Shown here piece after piece: positions 6,997 to 16,442 of a stretch of 64,000 bases of DNA. The notes beneath the pieces are model-generated. The model saw nothing but the letters and a program-made list of their open reading frames with translations. It was not told the DNA's origin and did no database searches. Position 1 is the first letter of the stretch, and each line of letters begins with the position of its first letter. Made by a program: the position numbers and the translations under genes. The DNA comes from Methanobacteriota archaeon (lineage in GTDB: Archaea > Thermoplasmatota > Thermoplasmata > Thermoplasmatales > GCA-001856825): the NCBI GenBank assembly GCA_017857235.1, contig JAFMDN010000004.1, positions 218 through 64,217 on the forward strand, in the 5' to 3' direction.

Positions 6997-9309
6997 TTGA
7001 ATATGTCTGATGAGAATGCTGAGCTAAGGATTGAGAAATTGCCTGAGGAAACTCTAGCATGGTTTGGCGGAGATGAATTGAGGGCAAGGATATTTATTGA
7101 TAAGTATGCTATGAAAGATCGTGAGGGTAACCTTATAGAAAAATTGCCTGAGGAAATGTGGGAAAGGGTTGCTAATGAAATTTCTTCTGTTGAACCAGAG
7201 AACATTAGAGGCGAATGGAAAAAGAATTTCTATTGGTTATTGGAAGATTTCAAAATGGTACCGGGTGGAAGGATACTTTTTGGAGCCGGACAAGAAAAAT
7301 ATGGTAGGAGAGCCACTCTGAATAATTGTTATGTAATACCAGTGAAGGACGACTCTTTAGAAGCCATATTCGAATGGACTAAGGAAGCTGCGAGAACATA
7401 TTCACTGGGTGGAGGTGTAGGCACTGATATATCAATTTTGAGGCCAAAAGGTGCACCTGTCAATAATGCCGCTTTAAAGTCAACTGGTTCAGTATCTTTC
7501 ATGAATATTATGTCAGAAACCACGGGCACAATAGGCCAGGCAGGCAGAAGGGGGGCCTTAATGATTACCATAAGAGTTGATCATCCAGACATATTTGATT
7601 TCATCAAGGTAAAAAGAGATCTTAAGACAGTAAGATATGCCAACATTTCCGTAAAGATAACAGACGAGTTCATGAATGCAGTCATTAATGATGAAGATTT
7701 CACATTAAGATTTGAAAATGATAAAGTGGGAAAGATTGAAAGGAAGGTAAGAGCTAGGGAATTATGGAATGAACTTATTAAATCAGCTAGGGACTGGGCC
7801 GAACCAGGTTTAATATTCTGGGACACTATGAAAAGAGAAAGCACATCAGAATACAACGGAATGGAAATATTAACAACGAATCCTTGCTCAGAAATACCAT
7901 TGGAACCATACGGTGCATGCAATCTTGGTAATGTAAACCTTTCTTATTTCGTAAAAAATCCATTCGAAAATCCAGAAATAGATTGGACCTCTTTGGAAAA
8001 GGCTCTTAGATATACTGTTAGATTCTTGGATGATGTGGTTGATTACAACTTGTATAAACATCCATTAAAACAGCAAACTGAAGAGGCAAAAAAGAGCAGG
8101 AGGATTGGTGTTGGTTTTACTGGCCTGGGTGACATGCTAGCTAAAATGAGGATAAAGTATGATAGTGAGGAGGCATTGGCTTTTGTTGATAATCTATTCA
8201 GAAACATAATGATAATTGTGTATGACGAGGGTACCGAACTGGCTAAGGAAAAGGGTACTTTTCCAGCATTTGATCTAGAAAAGCACATGAAAAGTCCATT
8301 TATACAGAGACTACCCGAAGAGTTAAAGAAGAAAATTGAAAAGTACGGGTTGAGAAATGTTGCTATGTTGACGATTCCGCCAGTGGGTAGCGGATCAATA
8401 TTGGCTGGAACATCTTCTGGAATAGAGCCCATATTTGCTTTCTCATACAAAAGGAGGTCAGAATCATTAAGTAAAGCTGAATTCAAAGTATACCATCCAT
8501 TGGTAAAGCAGTATATGGAACTTTATGGTATAAAAGATGAGAAAGACCTTCCTGATTACTTCATAGAAGCCCATAAGATAGACCCATTTTTCAGAGTCAA
8601 GTTGCAGGGGGTAATACAGAGATATATAGATCATTCAATATCATCTACAGTTAATTTACCGAGTGAAACAACAGTTGAAGAAGTTGCTAATATTTATCTT
8701 GAAGCATGGAAACAGGGATGCAAGGGTATAACAGTATACAGAGAAGGTTCCAGGGAAGGCATACTGATAACAGAAAAGAATGAAGCTAAGAAAGAAACTA
8801 AGGCACAGGTAGAATATGAGAGACCAGTGGTTCTAACAGGGAAAACTATTGTTTATAACTTAGTAGACATTGGGAAAGTATACATTACAGTTAATTTTGA
8901 TGAGAAAGGAAAACCTGTTGAAGTATTTGTCAATGTCGGCAAATCCGGATCTGAAGAAAAAGCATATTCTGAGGCAATTGGTAGGCTGATATCTTTATAT
9001 CTACAGCAGGGTGGAGATATTTCAAAGATAGTAAAGGCTCTCTCAGGTATAAAAGGAAAAAGTACCACTTTTGTGGAGGGTGCCAAGATAACATCAGTAC
9101 CTGACGGTGTAGCAAAGGCCATTGAGTTCGCCATGAAGGGATATTCACCCCAAACTACATTAACTCAAGAAATATTCTTCGGTGTACAACAGGAAAAAGA
9201 GGAAAAGAAACCTAAATTAATGACCTGTCCAAAGTGTGGTAATGATACTTTGGTGAACGAAAATGGTTGCCTGACTTGTAAAAGCTGCGGATATTCAAAA
9301 TGCGAATGA
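6997..9309 (+). CDS. nrdJ: Adenosylcobalamin-dependent (class II) ribonucleotide reductase
   Basis: 770 aa with the active-site region TNPCSEIPLEPYGACNLG and a C-terminal CPKCG...CLTCKSCG zinc ribbon. No intein-sized insertion seen. Confidence 0.9.
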   Translation: MNMSDENAELRIEKLPEETLAWFGGDELRARIFIDKYAMKDREGNLIEKLPEEMWERVANEISSVEPENIRGEWKKNFYWLLEDFKMVPGGRILFGAGQEKYGRRATLNNCYVIPVKDDSLEAIFEWTKEAARTYSLGGGVGTDISILRPKGAPVNNAALKSTGSVSFMNIMSETTGTIGQAGRRGALMITIRVDHPDIFDFIKVKRDLKTVRYANISVKITDEFMNAVINDEDFTLRFENDKVGKIERKVRARELWNELIKSARDWAEPGLIFWDTMKRESTSEYNGMEILTTNPCSEIPLEPYGACNLGNVNLSYFVKNPFENPEIDWTSLEKALRYTVRFLDDVVDYNLYKHPLKQQTEEAKKSRRIGVGFTGLGDMLAKMRIKYDSEEALAFVDNLFRNIMIIVYDEGTELAKEKGTFPAFDLEKHMKSPFIQRLPEELKKKIEKYGLRNVAMLTIPPVGSGSILAGTSSGIEPIFAFSYKRRSESLSKAEFKVYHPLVKQYMELYGIKDEKDLPDYFIEAHKIDPFFRVKLQGVIQRYIDHSISSTVNLPSETTVEEVANIYLEAWKQGCKGITVYREGSREGILITEKNEAKKETKAQVEYERPVVLTGKTIVYNLVDIGKVYITVNFDEKGKPVEVFVNVGKSGSEEKAYSEAIGRLISLYLQQGGDISKIVKALSGIKGKSTTFVEGAKITSVPDGVAKAIEFAMKGYSPQTTLTQEIFFGVQQEKEEKKPKLMTCPKCGNDTLVNENGCLTCKSCGYSKCE

Positions 9310-9322
9310 GGCAAAAATTTTT

Positions 9323-9622
9323 ATGGACTCTAAGGAATTTCTAATTTCAAATATAATTTTTTTATTGAACAAACACTTAGAAATACATGATTATTTAAAC
9401 GATGTTACCGAAGGTAACGAAAATTATCTCAAAATATTGGAGGCATATAAAAAATTGCTTTATGAATACAATAATTCAGACCTTTTAAGATACAGGGATT
9501 ATCTTGAAAAGTCCCTGAATGACATCCTAAATTACAGGGAACAATGGCAAAAAAACATAAGGAAGCAATTCCCCCATATCTTTCCAGATCCAATAACTAA
9601 AATGTATGTCCATAAAAGGTAA
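9323..9622 (+). CDS. Hypothetical small helical protein
   Basis: 99-aa ORF directly downstream of nrdJ on the same strand. No recognisable motif. Confidence 0.4.
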   Translation: MDSKEFLISNIIFLLNKHLEIHDYLNDVTEGNENYLKILEAYKKLLYEYNNSDLLRYRDYLEKSLNDILNYREQWQKNIRKQFPHIFPDPITKMYVHKR

Positions 9623-9653
9623 CTTAAATCAAGAAAAGGATATAACTTTAAAA

Positions 9654-10937
9654 TTAAAATATAAATTCTTCTTTTTCATGATCTCTATTTTCTATGGTTA
9701 AAGCATCACTCCTAACGTATTCCCCCCCATACAATTCGGTTATTTTCTCACCTGTGATCAACGAAGAAGCAATTCTTCCAATGGCATCTGCCTTCATAAT
9801 ACCACTGCCTGATGATCCAGACACGATGTAAATCCCATTGTCCCCAAATATTATGGGTTGTAAATCTATATAGTTCATTGAGTACTGTCCAGCCCACATG
9901 CCTGAGAGTTCGAAATTGTTTACACCAAAGTATTGTCTGAGTATGGGAGCAAGATTATATTCAAAATACTCTTTTTCAGGTAAGGGATCATCTTCAACTT
10001 CTATTGCTCTATTTAGTTCATCAGATCCTCCAACCCATATAGAATTTTCAGTAAATGAAGGTCTCACATAAAACTCCACCATAGGTAAAAAGGTAAACGG
10101 AATCCCCGGATAGTTATTTAATTTATTTTTTCTAAAGAATTTTGATATCTGATCACCCTTAAGTTGGAAGATCTGCCTTTTCTTTGGACTTACAAAGCTC
10201 TCTATGCCCGCAGGTCTAGCAAGCTTGTTTACCCATACATCATTGGCAAGTATAACATTCCCATTCAATTCCAAATCGTTCGCTATTACACCGGAAATCT
10301 TAACGTCTTGCCAAGTAAAGGGCTCTCCTTCAATCCCCAGTTCAGGGTAACCCTTAATTACCAGTTTTTTCACCTCTGTATTGAATTTAAATTCAACGCC
10401 CCGTTTTAATGCCTCTTCATAATAATGTTGTGCAATTAATTCCGGATCCATAACACCGCAATTTCGTCCAAAAATACCACGGACAATATGTGGAAGTTCC
10501 ATCATTCTAGCTTCATCATCGGAGGGGTTTGTATTAAGGCCTGTCTCTATTAGGTCGGACTCATCAACTAAGTCAACGCCAGTATGGGACTTTAACTTGG
10601 GGATAATTTTATCATGCCTTCTAGCTGATTGTTCATCCTCCAATATCAGATACCCTATCTTTTCTAAACCGAGATTCTTTAAATTCTTATGAACATACTC
10701 GTAATAAGCTATAGAGGATTTACTAACCTTAATGTTTAATTCACTTGTGAATAGGTCTCTGAATCCCGCGGCACTTTTGCTGGTATTACCCTGACCAATA
10801 GATCCATGCTTCTCCAGTACCAGTATCTTAAAATTCCCTTTTCTTGATAGATAATTTGCAACTGAAAGACCTAAAACTCCGGCACCAACTATTATGTAAT
10901 CATATGTATGGGCCATTGGGATGAATAAATTTTCCAC
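9654..10937 (-). CDS. FAD-dependent oxidoreductase (DAO/glycine-sarcosine oxidase-like family)
   Basis: N-terminal Rossmann dinucleotide motif YDYIIVGAGVLGLSVANYLSRKG. 427 aa. Confidence 0.8.
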   Translation of the reverse strand: MENLFIPMAHTYDYIIVGAGVLGLSVANYLSRKGNFKILVLEKHGSIGQGNTSKSAAGFRDLFTSELNIKVSKSSIAYYEYVHKNLKNLGLEKIGYLILEDEQSARRHDKIIPKLKSHTGVDLVDESDLIETGLNTNPSDDEARMMELPHIVRGIFGRNCGVMDPELIAQHYYEEALKRGVEFKFNTEVKKLVIKGYPELGIEGEPFTWQDVKISGVIANDLELNGNVILANDVWVNKLARPAGIESFVSPKKRQIFQLKGDQISKFFRKNKLNNYPGIPFTFLPMVEFYVRPSFTENSIWVGGSDELNRAIEVEDDPLPEKEYFEYNLAPILRQYFGVNNFELSGMWAGQYSMNYIDLQPIIFGDNGIYIVSGSSGSGIMKADAIGRIASSLITGEKITELYGGEYVRSDALTIENRDHEKEEFIF

Positions 10938-11023
10938 TATTATAGGTTACTGTATTAATCTCCATTAAATGAGCTTGGATAATGGTTTATGGATCATAAA
11001 TAAATCTGTTTTCATATGATAGG

Positions 11024-11032
11024 TTTATATAA
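11024..11032 (+). promoter_or_regulatory. TATA-box candidate (TTTATATAA) for the ribosomal-protein operon
   Basis: It lies about 120 nt upstream of the rpl3 ATG, which implies a long leader. Confidence 0.35.
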
Positions 11033-11071
11033 GATTATGTGTTATCAGGTAAGCATTAGCCTCACGTCTAT

Positions 11072-11145
11072 GGGCCTATAATGCCCGTTAGTCGGTGCTT
11101 AATGATTAAACCGACTGAAGACGCAACGGCTATGCAATCGGTGAT
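11072..11145 (+). promoter_or_regulatory. Structured 5' leader of the rpl3 operon (two hairpins plus GGTGAT Shine-Dalgarno)
   Basis: Hairpin GGGC-ctataat-GCCC at 11072-11086. Hairpin AGTCGGT-N13-ACCGACT at 11090-11116. SD GGTGAT at 11140-11145. The region is visibly more GC-rich than other spacers. Confidence 0.4.
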
Positions 11146-11150
11146 AATAT

Positions 11151-12140
11151 ATGGCGACACCTAATCATTCGAGACATGGGTCTATGGGATACTATCCCAG
11201 GAAGAGGGCAGCGTCTTTAATACCGCATGTTAGGTCATGGCCTGAAATTAAGGATGGTCCGAAACTATTGGGTTTCGTTGGTTTCAAGGCAGGTATGACG
11301 CATGCTCTATTTGTTGATTATAGGAAATACAGCAACACAGCGGGAACTGAGGTAGCTTCTGCTGTAACGGTGGTTGAGGTTCCACCAATAAAAATAGTCG
11401 GAATTCGATATTACGGAGAAGGTACGTACGGTGAGTATGTTGTTGGCGAAGAAGTTGATAAGAATTCGCTAAAAGATCTCAAAGGCATAATGCCAATCCC
11501 GAAAGAATTGAAGGAAAAGCAGATTGATTTTTCGAAAGTGTTTCAAGTTAATGTTATTGCACTTATTCAGAATAGGAAAGTTAAAGGCCTTGGAAAAAAG
11601 AAAGGTGATATAACAGAAATAAGAATAGGCGGAGGAAGCGTAAAGGAAAGAATAGATTATGCTAAGTCAATTCTTGGTAAGGAGGTAACATTCGAACAGT
11701 TTTCTGGCGCAGGAAAATTCGTAGATATCATTGCCGTAACTAAAGGTAAAGGATTCCAGGGTCACGTTAAGAGATGGGGTGTAAAATTACTTCCAAGGAA
11801 AAACAGGAAACATAGAAGAATGATAGGTACTTTAGGACCATGGCACCCGGATTGGGTTAGGAATACTGTTCCGCAGGCAGGTCAAACAGGTTTCCACCAG
11901 AGAACTGAGTTTAATAAGAGAATATTACTTATTGCAGATCCAAGGGAGAAACCAATAACTCCCAAAGGTGGGTTTGTTAATTACGGGGAAGTCACAAATC
12001 AGTACGTAGTTTTGCACGGATCTATTCCAGGTCCCGTTAAAAGAATCGTAAAGTTCAGATATCCAGTTAGGCAAACTGTACCTGATGTGGAAGATATAAA
12101 GATAACTTATCTCTCCACAGAAAGCAAACAGGGGGTGTGA
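11151..12140 (+). CDS. rpl3: 50S ribosomal protein L3
   Basis: 329 aa with GFKAGMTH and KGKGFQGHVKRWG motifs. First gene of the conserved archaeal L3-L4-L23-L2 cluster. Confidence 0.95.
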   Translation: MATPNHSRHGSMGYYPRKRAASLIPHVRSWPEIKDGPKLLGFVGFKAGMTHALFVDYRKYSNTAGTEVASAVTVVEVPPIKIVGIRYYGEGTYGEYVVGEEVDKNSLKDLKGIMPIPKELKEKQIDFSKVFQVNVIALIQNRKVKGLGKKKGDITEIRIGGGSVKERIDYAKSILGKEVTFEQFSGAGKFVDIIAVTKGKGFQGHVKRWGVKLLPRKNRKHRRMIGTLGPWHPDWVRNTVPQAGQTGFHQRTEFNKRILLIADPREKPITPKGGFVNYGEVTNQYVVLHGSIPGPVKRIVKFRYPVRQTVPDVEDIKITYLSTESKQGV

Positions 12141-12144
12141 TTGA

Positions 12145-12903
12145 ATGGTTGCAGTAGTAAATGTAAATGGGGAAAAGATTAAAAATGTGGATTTACCACC
12201 TGCATTCTCTTATCCAATAAGGAGGGATTTGATAAATCTATTTGTAAACGCATATATGTCAAATTCAAGAACTCCTTATGGTACATATTGGTTCGCAGGC
12301 AACAGAAGAGTAGGCCATAATTTAGGACCTAATCACGGTATAGCTAGATACCCGAGGGTTGCTGGGACAACAAGGGGAGTAATGTTAGCAAATGCAAGGG
12401 GAGGTAGGAGTGCCCATCATCCTGTCGTAGAAAAAGTATGGGAAATGAAAATTAATGAAAAACAGAAAAAGCTAGCTAAATTATCTGCACTATCAGCAAC
12501 TTCCATGATAGAATTAGTTAGGGGAAGAGGTCACAGATTCAAGGCTGAGGAGGTTCCTGTAGTTGTTGAGAATAAAATTGAAGAGGTAGAGAAGGCTGAG
12601 TATTTAACAGAAATTCTCAAGAAAATTGGAGTTTATGATGATGTGATAAGGGCCAAGGAGGGAACAAAGATTAGGGCAGGAAGGGGAAAAAGCAGGAACA
12701 GACCATATAGAACACCCAAAAGCATCCTCCTAGTAGTTAAGGATAAGTCAAAAATTGGGAAAGCTGCAAGGAACTTGGCCGGGGTTGACGTTAAAACTCC
12801 AAATCAGCTAAATGCATACGTATTGGCCCCTGGAGCACATCCAGGCAGGCTTATGGTAATAACTGAGGGCGCGCTTGATGAAATAAGGGGGTGGAACTTT
12901 TGA
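12145..12903 (+). CDS. rpl4: 50S ribosomal protein L4
   Basis: 252 aa. Conserved position and archaeal L4/L1e-like sequence (RAGRGKSRNRPY). Confidence 0.93.
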   Translation: MVAVVNVNGEKIKNVDLPPAFSYPIRRDLINLFVNAYMSNSRTPYGTYWFAGNRRVGHNLGPNHGIARYPRVAGTTRGVMLANARGGRSAHHPVVEKVWEMKINEKQKKLAKLSALSATSMIELVRGRGHRFKAEEVPVVVENKIEEVEKAEYLTEILKKIGVYDDVIRAKEGTKIRAGRGKSRNRPYRTPKSILLVVKDKSKIGKAARNLAGVDVKTPNQLNAYVLAPGAHPGRLMVITEGALDEIRGWNF

Positions 12904-13157
12904 ATCCATATGACATTCTTATAAAACCCTATGTAACTGAAAAAACAATGCTCCAAATTGAAAGAGAGAATAAGATATGGTTCATAGTAAGTGAAAAAAG
13001 CTCGAAGCCCGAAATTAAGAAAGCTGTTGAGGAAATTTCGGGGATGAAGGTTGATAAGATAAATGTTATGAGAGATAAGGAAGGAAAAAAGGCCGTGGTT
13101 AAGCTCAAATCGGATTACTCAGCAGAAGAGCTTGCCACAAAGCTGGGGATATTCTGA
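12891..13157 (+). CDS. rpl23: 50S ribosomal protein L23
   Basis: 88 aa with IKPYVTEKTM. Conserved order. The exact start (GTG 12891 or TTG 12900) is uncertain. Confidence 0.9.
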   Translation: MELLNPYDILIKPYVTEKTMLQIERENKIWFIVSEKSSKPEIKKAVEEISGMKVDKINVMRDKEGKKAVVKLKSDYSAEELATKLGIF

Positions 13158-13166
13158 GGTGATATA

Positions 13167-13868
13167 ATGGGAAAGAGAATTATTCCACAAAGGAGAGGTC
13201 GTGGCGGATTAGTTTATAGAAGTCCGAGTCATAGATATTACACAGATCTAAAGTACCCTGAATTAGAATCCTGGGAAGGTAAAGTGATAGACTTCGTAAA
13301 AGACCCAGGGCATTATACTCCATTGGCATTGGTAGAAATGAATGACAATAAAAAGGCATTATTTTTAGCCCATAGTGGTATGTTTATTGGGCAGAAGGTA
13401 AAGGGTGGAATTAATGCTGAACCAATAGAGGGAAATACTTTACCTTTAGGTTCAATACCCGATGGAATGCTAGTTTATAATGTAGAGTTAAGACCAGGCA
13501 CTGGTGGGAACATTGCAAGAACACCCGGGTCTTTCTGTACAGTCGTAGCCCATGGTGAAAAGGTGACTTTAAAACTTCCTTCAGGTGAGTTAAAGGATTT
13601 CATTCCTTCGTGCAGAGCAACTATCGGTATAGCTGGAGGGGGAGGAAGGAATACAAGACCATTTATGAAGGCAGGTAAAAAAATCCATGCATATCAATCA
13701 AGGGCAAAGAGGCCTTACACTGTTAGGGGAGTAGCCATGAATGCAGCAAATCATCCTCACGGGGGTGGCAATCACCAGCATGTGGGTAGGCCATCTACCG
13801 TAGGTAGGAATACTCCTCCTGGTAGGAAGGTAGGAAGATTATCTCCTAAAAAGAAGAAGGTGAAATGA
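13167..13868 (+). CDS. rpl2: 50S ribosomal protein L2
   Basis: 233 aa with RGVAMNAANHPHGGG. SD AGGTGAT upstream. Confidence 0.95.
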   Translation: MGKRIIPQRRGRGGLVYRSPSHRYYTDLKYPELESWEGKVIDFVKDPGHYTPLALVEMNDNKKALFLAHSGMFIGQKVKGGINAEPIEGNTLPLGSIPDGMLVYNVELRPGTGGNIARTPGSFCTVVAHGEKVTLKLPSGELKDFIPSCRATIGIAGGGGRNTRPFMKAGKKIHAYQSRAKRPYTVRGVAMNAANHPHGGGNHQHVGRPSTVGRNTPPGRKVGRLSPKKKKVK

Positions 13869-13869
13869 A

Positions 13870-14325
13870 ATGGCAGAGGATAAAAAGTTAAAATCCACTA
13901 AAGCTATTAAAAGAACAAAAAGGAAGAGTGCGAAAAGTATAACAGAGAGAGGGAAGGAATTATTATTCAAGGGTAAAACTCTGGAAGAACTTCTAGAGAT
14001 GAAGATGGAGGACCTCCTTAAAATTCTTCCCGCAAGGGCAAGGAGATCATTGAAGAGAGGTTACAATTCAGAGCAGAAAAAATTGCATGAGAAATTGTTG
14101 GAGAGGGATCAGGTTAAGACGAGAGTAAGGGACTTAATCATACTCCCCCAATACGTAGGAAAAGTTGTTTCTGTGTATGACGGTAAACAATATCAGACGT
14201 TTACGATTAAAGAGGAAATGATAGGTCATTATCTTGGTGAATTCGTTATGACCAGGAAGGAAGTTAAACACTCTGGCCCTGGAGTTGGAGCAACAAGAGG
14301 CTCAAAGTTCCTGCCACTTAAGTAA
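13870..14325 (+). CDS. rps19: 30S ribosomal protein S19
   Basis: 151 aa with YDGKQYQTFTIKEEMIGHYLGEF. Conserved order. Confidence 0.93.
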   Translation: MAEDKKLKSTKAIKRTKRKSAKSITERGKELLFKGKTLEELLEMKMEDLLKILPARARRSLKRGYNSEQKKLHEKLLERDQVKTRVRDLIILPQYVGKVVSVYDGKQYQTFTIKEEMIGHYLGEFVMTRKEVKHSGPGVGATRGSKFLPLK

Positions 14326-14334
14326 GGTGATAAG

Positions 14335-14778
14335 ATGAAGTATGTAATTGAAGTTGATGAAAAGAAATCCGCGAAAGCAACTTACCCAAACTCTCCCATA
14401 TCACCAAGGGATGCGCTTGAGGTTGCCAGGACTATAAAGGGTATGAAACTTGAAGATGCAAAGGAATTCTTGGAGGATGTAATTGCAAAAAAGAGGGCAG
14501 TCCCTTACAGAAAATTCCTTGATTCGGTTTCCCATAGAAAGGGTGTTGGTTCTGGTAGATACCCGGTAAAAGCAGCTAAATATTTCCTGGAGACATTAAA
14601 AAATGCTGAAAACAATGCCGAATTTAAACAGCTTGATGTTGATAAACTAGTAATTAAAAGTGCAGTGGCCAATTTAGCACCTCCTATTAAATATTATACT
14701 TTCAAAGCCTTTGGATCTAGTGGAAAATTCTATAGGGAAAGGGTCCACATTCAAATAATATTGGAGGAGTTAGAATGA
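14335..14778 (+). CDS. rpl22: 50S ribosomal protein L22
   Basis: 147 aa. Conserved order and L22/L17e-like sequence. Confidence 0.92.
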   Translation: MKYVIEVDEKKSAKATYPNSPISPRDALEVARTIKGMKLEDAKEFLEDVIAKKRAVPYRKFLDSVSHRKGVGSGRYPVKAAKYFLETLKNAENNAEFKQLDVDKLVIKSAVANLAPPIKYYTFKAFGSSGKFYRERVHIQIILEELE

Positions 14779-15407
14779 AGGAATTAAAATTTTTAAAAGA
14801 AAATATACGAAACCAGCTGATAAAGGAATATTTAATAAAGGAAATAGGGGATGCTGGGTTTGGAGGTCTTGAAATACAGAGAACTCCACAGAATACCATT
14901 GTACTGCTAAAAGTTGAGAAACCGGGGCTTGTAATTGGAAGAAGGGGTCAAAAGATAAGGAGTATGGAAGAGTATCTTGAAAGAACTTTCAATTTGAATA
15001 GTCCATTAATTAAGGTTGAACCAGCAGAACAACCAGCGCTAAATGCCCAAATTATGGCGGAAAGACTTGCCAGATCAATAGAAAAAGGTTGGCACTATAG
15101 GAGGGCAGGGCACAGTATATTGAAGAGGATTATGGATGCAGGTGCAAGGGGCGGTCAGGTTAGGATAGGGGGAAAATTGAGTGGTGAAAGAGCTAGAGCT
15201 GTGAAATATACCGCCGGAAAAATAATATCATCTGGCTATCCATCAGAATACATAGATGAGGGAAGGGCAACCGCAATGACAAAACCCGGTATAATTGGAG
15301 TTACTGTTAAAATATTGAGGAATGATATTAAGCTACCTGACGACATTGTTATTAGGGAATTGGAGGGGGGTGAATCCAATGGCGGAAATCAAGATCAAAC
15401 AACTTAG
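14775..15407 (+). CDS. rps3: 30S ribosomal protein S3
   Basis: 210 aa with a KH-domain segment (VLLKVEKPGLVIGRRGQKI). Conserved order. Confidence 0.93.
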   Translation: MKELKFLKENIRNQLIKEYLIKEIGDAGFGGLEIQRTPQNTIVLLKVEKPGLVIGRRGQKIRSMEEYLERTFNLNSPLIKVEPAEQPALNAQIMAERLARSIEKGWHYRRAGHSILKRIMDAGARGGQVRIGGKLSGERARAVKYTAGKIISSGYPSEYIDEGRATAMTKPGIIGVTVKILRNDIKLPDDIVIRELEGGESNGGNQDQTT

Positions 15408-15585
15408 GGCCATGAACAAGGATGATCTTCTAAAAAAGTACAATGAACTCAAGGAGGAGTTGATGAGGGAAAGAGGGATATCCGCTATGGGCGGTGCTCC
15501 ACCTAGTCCTGGAAAGATCGAATCTCTTAGGAGGCAGATCGCCAGGATTGAGACAATAATGAGGGAGAAGAAAAATGAGGGATGA
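15379..15585 (+). CDS. rpl29: 50S ribosomal protein L29
   Basis: MAEIKIKQLRAMNKDDL... starts at ATG 15379 behind a GGGGGTGA SD. The ORF-track start at 15322 adds an implausible 19-aa extension inside rps3. Confidence 0.9.
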   Translation: MAEIKIKQLRAMNKDDLLKKYNELKEELMRERGISAMGGAPPSPGKIESLRRQIARIETIMREKKNEG

Positions 15586-15865
15586 TAGATTCCTTAAGGA
15601 TCTGACGCCTATTGATGAAATCGCAAGAGAAACACAGACAATAAAGATAGAGTTAGATAAGAGAAGGTATGGGAAATTTGTCACCATAGTTTCAGGATTT
15701 GATACTAAAGCAGAAGATATATATGAATTGGCTAAGACATTGAAGAAAAAAACTGCTGCAGGAGGCACAGTCAAAGATAATAAAATTGAATTACAGGGGG
15801 ATCAGAGAGAAAGAGTTAAAAAGGTTCTTGAAGAAATGGGATTTAGGGTAGAGGTGGTTCAATGA
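15575..15865 (+). CDS. sui1: Translation initiation factor aSUI1 (eIF1 homologue)
   Basis: 96 aa with KRRYGKFVTIVSGFD...KKKTAAGGTVKDNKIELQGDQRERVKKVLEEMGF, a typical SUI1 fold sequence. Confidence 0.88.
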   Translation: MRDDRFLKDLTPIDEIARETQTIKIELDKRRYGKFVTIVSGFDTKAEDIYELAKTLKKKTAAGGTVKDNKIELQGDQRERVKKVLEEMGFRVEVVQ

Positions 15866-16119
15866 ATCCCTTATTCACAGATATAATAGGTGAGAATGTA
15901 AAGGTGGTCAGATCTAAAGATCCTACCATGTTAAATAGGAAAGGTGTGGTTGTAGAGGAGTCGAAGAATATGATATATATAATTGAGAACGACAGGGAAA
16001 TTGCATTACCTAAGAAAATAATTGATTTAGAAATCAAGGGCAAAATCTATGATATGTCCAGGCTGATGATCAGGCCTGAGGATAAAATTAGAAAAATGAG
16101 GAGGAAGGGTAAAATATGA
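15862..16119 (+). CDS. rnp1: RNase P protein component 1 (Rpp29/Pop4 homologue)
   Basis: 85 aa with an Sm-like core (GENVKVVRSKDPTMLNRKGVVVEESKNMIYI). Conserved position between L29 and S17. Confidence 0.85.
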   Translation: MNPLFTDIIGENVKVVRSKDPTMLNRKGVVVEESKNMIYIIENDREIALPKKIIDLEIKGKIYDMSRLMIRPEDKIRKMRRKGKI

Positions 16120-16442
16120 AGAACATAGGTATAGATGTTAAGGCACCGGAAGAAGTCTGTCATGATAAGAAATGTCCATTCCACGGTGAACTAAATGTGA
16201 AATCACCAATAATAGAGGGAGAAGTTGTAGCCGTAAACATGAAAGGAACTGTTACCGTTAAGAGGGAATATGTTAGAAAAATCCCGAAATATGAGAGATA
16301 TGAAAAGAGGTTCAGAAAGTACCATGCACATCTCCCAGGTTGCATCCATGTAAAAGTGGGGGATAAGGTTAGAATTGCTTATTCCAGGCCTTTGGCTAAA
16401 TCAGTTTCCTTTGTCGTTATAGAGAGGGTGGGATCAGAATGA
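16116..16442 (+). CDS. rps17: 30S ribosomal protein S17
   Basis: 108 aa. Conserved order and S17/S11e-like sequence. Confidence 0.92.
   Translation: MKNIGIDVKAPEEVCHDKKCPFHGELNVKSPIIEGEVVAVNMKGTVTVKREYVRKIPKYERYEKRFRKYHAHLPGCIHVKVGDKVRIAYSRPLAKSVSFVVIERVGSE

Noticed and set aside
7036-7156. A 16-nt exact direct repeat, AAATTGCCTGAGGAAA, at 7036-7051 and 7141-7156 inside nrdJ, both in frame and encoding (E)KLPEE
   Set aside because: It lies within one conserved coding sequence and both copies encode the same peptide. It is most simply a small internal duplication or convergence in the N-terminal region. No mobile or regulatory structure is associated with it.
9220-9309. The C-terminal CxxC...CxxC tail of NrdJ as a possible fused zinc-finger gene or intein remnant
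   Set aside because: C-terminal Cys-rich tails are a known feature of class II ribonucleotide reductases, where they act as a redox or zinc tail. The reading frame is continuous, and no intein splice motifs or size excess are seen.
11041-11150. A possible tRNA or box C/D sRNA in the GC-enriched segment upstream of rpl3
   Set aside because: There is no T-loop (GTTCRANYC) or cloverleaf. AATGATTA/CTGA are too close together (7 nt) and deviate from the C-box consensus. The segment is interpreted instead as a structured mRNA leader.
15322-15378. N-terminal extensions implied by ORF-track starts: L29 at 15322, L30 at 21544, pantoate kinase at 34520, wHTH protein at 4996, L15 at 22040
   Set aside because: Each extension lies inside the preceding gene and is hydrophobic or nonsense-like. 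Each is followed by an ATG or TTG with a good GGTGA-type SD that yields the canonical protein N-terminus.
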